Assembly (NCBI GenBank): GCA_024704765.1
Contig: JAKMXF010000222.1
Coordinates: 124,001-188,000, forward strand
DNA length: 64,000 nt
Reading direction: 5' to 3'
Source of the DNA: Oopsacas minuta
Lineage: Eukaryota > Animalia > Porifera
Both the position numbers and the translations under genes were made by a program. The notes beneath the pieces are model-generated. The model was not told the origin of the DNA. It did not search any database and saw nothing but the letters and a program-made list of their open reading frames with translations. Positions 59,420-64,000 of this stretch are shown piece by piece (positions within the stretch are counted from its first letter, which is position 1; every line of letters starts with the position of its first letter).

Positions 59420-60475
59420 CTACTGCTGTTGAGTAGAGTTTCCATTGTAAGTATTGCTCTCATCGTCTTTATCTCTAAGATCTGATAATCGAAACATATT
59501 TCCTCGCCGGCCTATTACACGTGTTGAGCTGTTAGATTTCGCGTTTTGTGCAATTGAACTGGTATGTGTTGTGTCTATCTGGGGTTGTGTATTGTTTTGG
59601 TTTGTACGTGCTGGGAAGAAGTACGCGAAAATTGCCGCGAAAAATGCGAATATAGCAGTGAAAATTGGCCGTATGCTAAATTTCGCGATTTCAGTAACTG
59701 CAATATGTACAATCAAGCCAGAACCAGTTCGTATATCAAGATCCTGTAAGGTCATTACATCTTGATCTGGTTGGAATTCCTCTCTGGGGTGAGGACGAAT
59801 TATAGTAATATCTTTCAGTCCTGGGATTCTATCTCGAAGGAAATGTTTCAATTCTGCTAACGTATTCGTAGGTTGGAAAGAGTTGGAAATATGTGAACCA
59901 TCAGGAAGTGTAAATTTGATTCGACAATTATTGCTTATAATTTGCCGTTTTGTGACTATATTATCAGTAACCTTTGGCTCAGATTTCTTTACTGTAATCA
60001 TTGGCATAGGTTTGTCTTCTTGAACGATCTGTTTTTCAGTTTTCACCGTTTCTAAAATAGGTATTGGTTCGGGTTCGGGTAAGTTCACTAGTTCATTGAG
60101 TGGGTAGTAAACTTGATTGCTGTCATTTCCTCTCCCAATGTTCTCGAGGGAATATTTTAAAATTTTGATTAAATATTCCTGCGAAATTTCTCCCCTTATT
60201 GCTTCAACCACAACACCGTTTGAGGCTATAAAACATATGAAAGGGGGTGTACCCAACTTGTAAAAAGCCGCGAAATCATTGTAATTCTGAGAAGGAAATT
60301 TTATATCAAGCGTAATGGCATTGTTGTTACATAAAACTGTTTTCACCTGATTGGATTCAAAAATATTTTCATAGAATTTTCCATCTGAAATAATTGCGAT
60401 AAGTAAAGAACCTGTTGATTTCACCTTTTCTATAAAAGATGGAATGTTTGTATTTTCACTCTTTCCACTCGACAT
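59420..60475 (-). CDS. UBXN4: UBX domain protein 4 (erasin)
   Basis: Thioredoxin-like N-terminus (PFICFIASNG), UBX domain (CRIKFTLPDGS...FQP), hydrophobic hairpin and C-terminal NTYNGNSTQQQ. Confidence 0.9.
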   Translation of the reverse strand: MSSGKSENTNIPSFIEKVKSTGSLLIAIISDGKFYENIFESNQVKTVLCNNNAITLDIKFPSQNYNDFAAFYKLGTPPFICFIASNGVVVEAIRGEISQEYLIKILKYSLENIGRGNDSNQVYYPLNELVNLPEPEPIPILETVKTEKQIVQEDKPMPMITVKKSEPKVTDNIVTKRQIISNNCRIKFTLPDGSHISNSFQPTNTLAELKHFLRDRIPGLKDITIIRPHPREEFQPDQDVMTLQDLDIRTGSGLIVHIAVTEIAKFSIRPIFTAIFAFFAAIFAYFFPARTNQNNTQPQIDTTHTSSIAQNAKSNSSTRVIGRRGNMFRLSDLRDKDDESNTYNGNSTQQQ

Positions 60476-61148
60476 CTAAATCGTATTTATCGAGTAATAA
60501 TATATTTTTGGATGTATCTTGTGTATATTACTTTCAATAGGCTTTTTGGCTAGCTTAGAGAAACCAGTTTGATGCACTAATGAAAATCTTTTCAAATAAC
60601 TAATTTTTACAAAGTGCTGAGAGATGAGAATTATCTCATCTCCAGGGGCAATAACTATAGCTGATTTTATCTGAGAATATATTCGTATTTTATTTTAGAG
60701 TTTCATCTAAATTTTCATCAGATGATTTGTTTACGAGTTATTTATGTATTTATTCGATTATATTGTTTTCGCACATATATCTGACATTTTCCAACAAAAG
60801 CAGTTAGCCATGAAAGAAACTATAAATGACAATCTTTATTCCACAAAACAAGATTGAAATACTAAAGATAATAGATTTATAATTGAGTTTTTGAAACTCT
60901 CACTCACTTCTCAGGAAAACGAAGCAAGTTTATTTATGCTATTTGTATTTATTCGACAGATTTCCAATATAAATTCTCATTTAGCTACTCAATGACAGAA
61001 ATATATATATTTTCTAACAAATTTCTTACAGCAATCTCTTAGGAAAACATCTCAAAAGTTCAATATTTGTATGTTCTATAATTCTGTATATATTCACATT
61101 TTCACACCATTTATTTTGTACACATGACTCTGCATTTACCACCTAGAA

Positions 61149-62444
61149 ATGTCTTATCGTAATGATGGAAAGAGTTATTACAAAAAAGAATACTATTCTA
61201 AAAACCCGAATAATTGGAGTAATAACAAATCACAAACGGACAGGTATCATTATTCCAAGTATGAACAGAATCAAAGGAAAAGTTACCAAACGAAAGATTC
61301 TTATTCAAATCACACAAAGAGCCATCACTCGGATTATAAAGAATATAAACAAAGTTTCGAGAACTCAAAATACACAACAAACTCGCGAAAATCCGCAAAA
61401 GAACCTTCAAATTCATCTCGTAAGAAGCAATCATGGAGTATTGAGAAAGATGGCGAAAAGCGCACTGAGAGAAGTTTCCTAGACTATATCGGGGTTGAGA
61501 CAGACGACAAAGTTATCGCGAAAAGACAACATCAAATAGACGCGGCCAAAGCTAGCCTCGCTTATGCTCGTTACTCGATGCTAGTAGCCAAAAACCAGAG
61601 AATAACTGATATGCCTCAAACTCCGAATAAGTTTATGAAAACAGACACAGATAGTTGGATGGAAACTATTAAAAAGTGGGTCAAGCAATTACGAGGCTGG
61701 CAATTCCCTGGAGCTATGTCCTTACCAAGTCCAGTTTGGGTCCCTGATGAGAAGAGAGAGCAAGTGAGCTCTCCTACACCTCCGTTACTTGATTATGAGA
61801 GCGAATCCTCCGTGGAGTCACGTAAAAAATATCGGCCAAAACGAGATATTTACTACGAGAAGAAAATTGAGCGAAAACGTAGACGTTCATTCACTCCTTC
61901 TCCCACAAGAGATCGTTCATACGCAGATAACTCGCATTATAAATACCCACGAACTTCTTCTGACAATTCTAAATACGGTCCTAGAGGTTATACCAAGAAA
62001 ATACACTATGAGGCTTTCTCAAACAGTGAAGATTTTATAACCAACTCGCCTAAAGTAGAAAGGAAGGTTTCGTACGTGAAAGATTATGGACCACGTTTTA
62101 CTCACTCAACACGAGAGGATAATTACAATTCGAAAGAAGATCTACGTTACAAAATGAAGTATAACAATTCAAGTCAGAATTACAGGAGTTATAGAAATGA
62201 TCATGAGCGTAGATCTTATACAAATATTTCCTGGAGTCCTGATAACTCACCAGTGAGGCAAGGGCACTCAAACACACACTATTCGCCTTTCGGAAGGCCG
62301 AGGAGTACGGATGGAATTCCTCGAGACCGCATGACCAGCCCGATTACTCCCCCTTCACTACGGAAAGAAATGACTCCAGAATTTGACATACCCGGGCAAC
62401 AATGGGAGATGGAAAACGAACTGGTGCTATTAGACGATGTTTGA
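61149..62444 (+). CDS. Histone stem-loop binding protein-like with divergent RNA-binding domain and Arg/Ser-rich tail
   Basis: ETDDKVIAKRQHQI...AYARY...PQTPNKF...SW...IKKW..QL..W aligns by eye with the SLBP RNA-binding domain. Confidence 0.75.
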   Translation: MSYRNDGKSYYKKEYYSKNPNNWSNNKSQTDRYHYSKYEQNQRKSYQTKDSYSNHTKSHHSDYKEYKQSFENSKYTTNSRKSAKEPSNSSRKKQSWSIEKDGEKRTERSFLDYIGVETDDKVIAKRQHQIDAAKASLAYARYSMLVAKNQRITDMPQTPNKFMKTDTDSWMETIKKWVKQLRGWQFPGAMSLPSPVWVPDEKREQVSSPTPPLLDYESESSVESRKKYRPKRDIYYEKKIERKRRRSFTPSPTRDRSYADNSHYKYPRTSSDNSKYGPRGYTKKIHYEAFSNSEDFITNSPKVERKVSYVKDYGPRFTHSTREDNYNSKEDLRYKMKYNNSSQNYRSYRNDHERRSYTNISWSPDNSPVRQGHSNTHYSPFGRPRSTDGIPRDRMTSPITPPSLRKEMTPEFDIPGQQWEMENELVLLDDV

Positions 62445-62753
62445 CATGAAATTACAAAGCAGAAATACAAATGAATTGCTATGAATTTACTGATAGAATC
62501 GAATGCTAGTGCTTTATAGTTCGTAGATTAGTCTCTAATTACTCCTGATTATTAACTTGTTTGTTTCACAATGAAGCAAGTCAAATAAAGAATTATCTTT
62601 ATCTTTGGTACATATTGAAGACAAACCTAAGCACTTAATAGTTTGTTAAAAAGTGTGTTTATATTTATTTGAAACGGCTTATTTGGCTGATTTACTATCA
62701 GATATTTATTTGATCGTTTACAAAATCACTTTTTATAGTACCGGAATTTGTGT

Positions 62754-62938
62754 ACAGTCAACTCCCGTTATATCGAAGGGACCGCGATAATTACTTCGAT
62801 ATAACCGTAGTTCAATATAACCAATAAAATGTATATATGTTACTTTGACTGTTTGGGACCATATTTGTACATTTTCACTTCAATATAAGTGGGTATTTCC
62901 ATATATTCGTGTCTGATATAACTGGAGTTGACTGTATT
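62754..62938. mobile_element. Family B MITE (Tc1/mariner-pogo-like, TA-CAGTCAACTCC termini), most complete copy
   Basis: tacagtcaactcccgttatatcgaag ... gatataactggagttgactgta: terminal inverted repeats flanked by TA. Confidence 0.85.
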
Positions 62939-62998
62939 TAATAATCTTATTTGTTCAATGTTAGTATACACTTTTTCAAAGTTTTTATCCAAATTGCC

Positions 62999-64000
62999 AT
63001 GGAGAAAGATGCAGTACTATGTCATCCTCAACGAACAGACTTACGTGAACATTTCTATAAGTTCATCATGGATATATCACCTCATTTGCATGTAAGTCTC
63101 CTCGCGAAATACATGCAAGATTCTTTGAATGGTCATAATAGTACGAAGTTAATGGAAAAAATGACGAATATCGATTATATGAAACATTTATACAAACTTG
63201 GACTAATCCATCCTCGAAATATCGACTATATTTTAAACTTTGCCAACTACACGCGAAATGAAAACCTGCAGCATCATATAGTTTTGTATTATAGCGTAGT
63301 AGACGTTAGAGATGATTTGCTAATAGATGTTAATACGAAGTTCATGCTAACTAATGATAATCCCGGTTCCAGACAAAGTTATTCACTTCCCCCAAGAGAT
63401 GAAACCCGCGGTTATTCTAGCCAAACACAACCCTCCCATCTCCCTAACACTCAACTAATCTATGGGAATGAACCTCAACCTACTATCGCTACTAGAAGTG
63501 TTTACAATGACAACCAAAGGCCACAAATTGAGCAAGTTCATGAAGTTTTTCACTCACAAGAAGAAACCACTCAACCGTTCATATACCCTGTTGTGTTTAA
63601 TCGTCCGCACGGATTTTGTGTAGTGATAAACAATGAAGTATTCACTTCAACTTCCGGTTATGTACTCAATTCAAGGATTGGTACTTCAAAGGACGGGGAA
63701 CAGCTTGTGGATGCATTCAAATTCTTGAATTATAACACTGACTTATTCGAGAATTTATCATCACGGGAAATAATGGATTGCTTAAATTCTTATGCAAAAG
63801 CAGATCATACAACTTTCGATTCTTTCGTTTGTTGTATTTTGACTCATGGCAATGCAGGCAGTATATTTGGTTCTGATTCTGTTGAGATAAAATTGAATCA
63901 AATTTTCGATTTATTCCAAGTTAATTCAGCTCATACATTATCCGGCAAGCCTAAAATTTTCGTTATACAAGCTTGTAGGGGTACATATATTGATCAAGGC
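62999..64000 (+). CDS. Caspase with long prodomain containing one DED-like domain; 3'-partial
   Basis: Open frame from ATG 62999 to the window end (absent from the ORF track). Contains LYKLGLIHPRNIDY (DED-like), GFCVVINNE, RIGTSKD, CCILTHG, GKPKIFVIQACRG. Confidence 0.92.
   Translation, partial: MEKDAVLCHPQRTDLREHFYKFIMDISPHLHVSLLAKYMQDSLNGHNSTKLMEKMTNIDYMKHLYKLGLIHPRNIDYILNFANYTRNENLQHHIVLYYSVVDVRDDLLIDVNTKFMLTNDNPGSRQSYSLPPRDETRGYSSQTQPSHLPNTQLIYGNEPQPTIATRSVYNDNQRPQIEQVHEVFHSQEETTQPFIYPVVFNRPHGFCVVINNEVFTSTSGYVLNSRIGTSKDGEQLVDAFKFLNYNTDLFENLSSREIMDCLNSYAKADHTTFDSFVCCILTHGNAGSIFGSDSVEIKLNQIFDLFQVNSAHTLSGKPKIFVIQACRGTYIDQG

Noticed and set aside
1-64000. tRNA, rRNA, SL RNA or autonomous transposase genes
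   Set aside because: None recognised by eye; covariance-model searches would be needed to exclude small RNAs.

Overview
AT-rich, gene-dense, intron-poor eukaryotic DNA with short GT-AG introns. The gene content (adhesion GPCR, KRIT1, tetraspanin, caspase with a DED-like prodomain, Integrator subunit, mitochondrial-type TilS) points to a compact non-bilaterian animal genome; a glass sponge is my inference, not proven. About 28 protein-coding genes are visible, plus several MITE-like families and repeats. All family calls come from recalled sequence motifs, with no database searches run. Main observations: (1) a 12-kb minus-strand gene that appears to encode an adhesion GPCR whose ectodomain is four tandem, apparently circularly permuted glypican-like domains, followed by Ig, GAIN/GPS and 7TM; (2) 21 consecutive genes on the minus strand (12.6-60.5 kb), some with about 100-300 nt gaps, and most start codons directly preceded by a splice-acceptor-like YAG, suggesting operon-like transcription resolved by SL trans-splicing; (3) a TAATG stop/start-coupled gene pair (62-aa membrane microprotein plus INTS10) nested antisense in a TTLL4 intron; (4) a near-perfect 590-bp hairpin and a foldback-like inverted tandem array; (5) several divergent or likely catalytically dead proteins (PI-PLC X pair, SLBP-like, annexin, short HOP, KRIT1 with an EF-hand-like tail).
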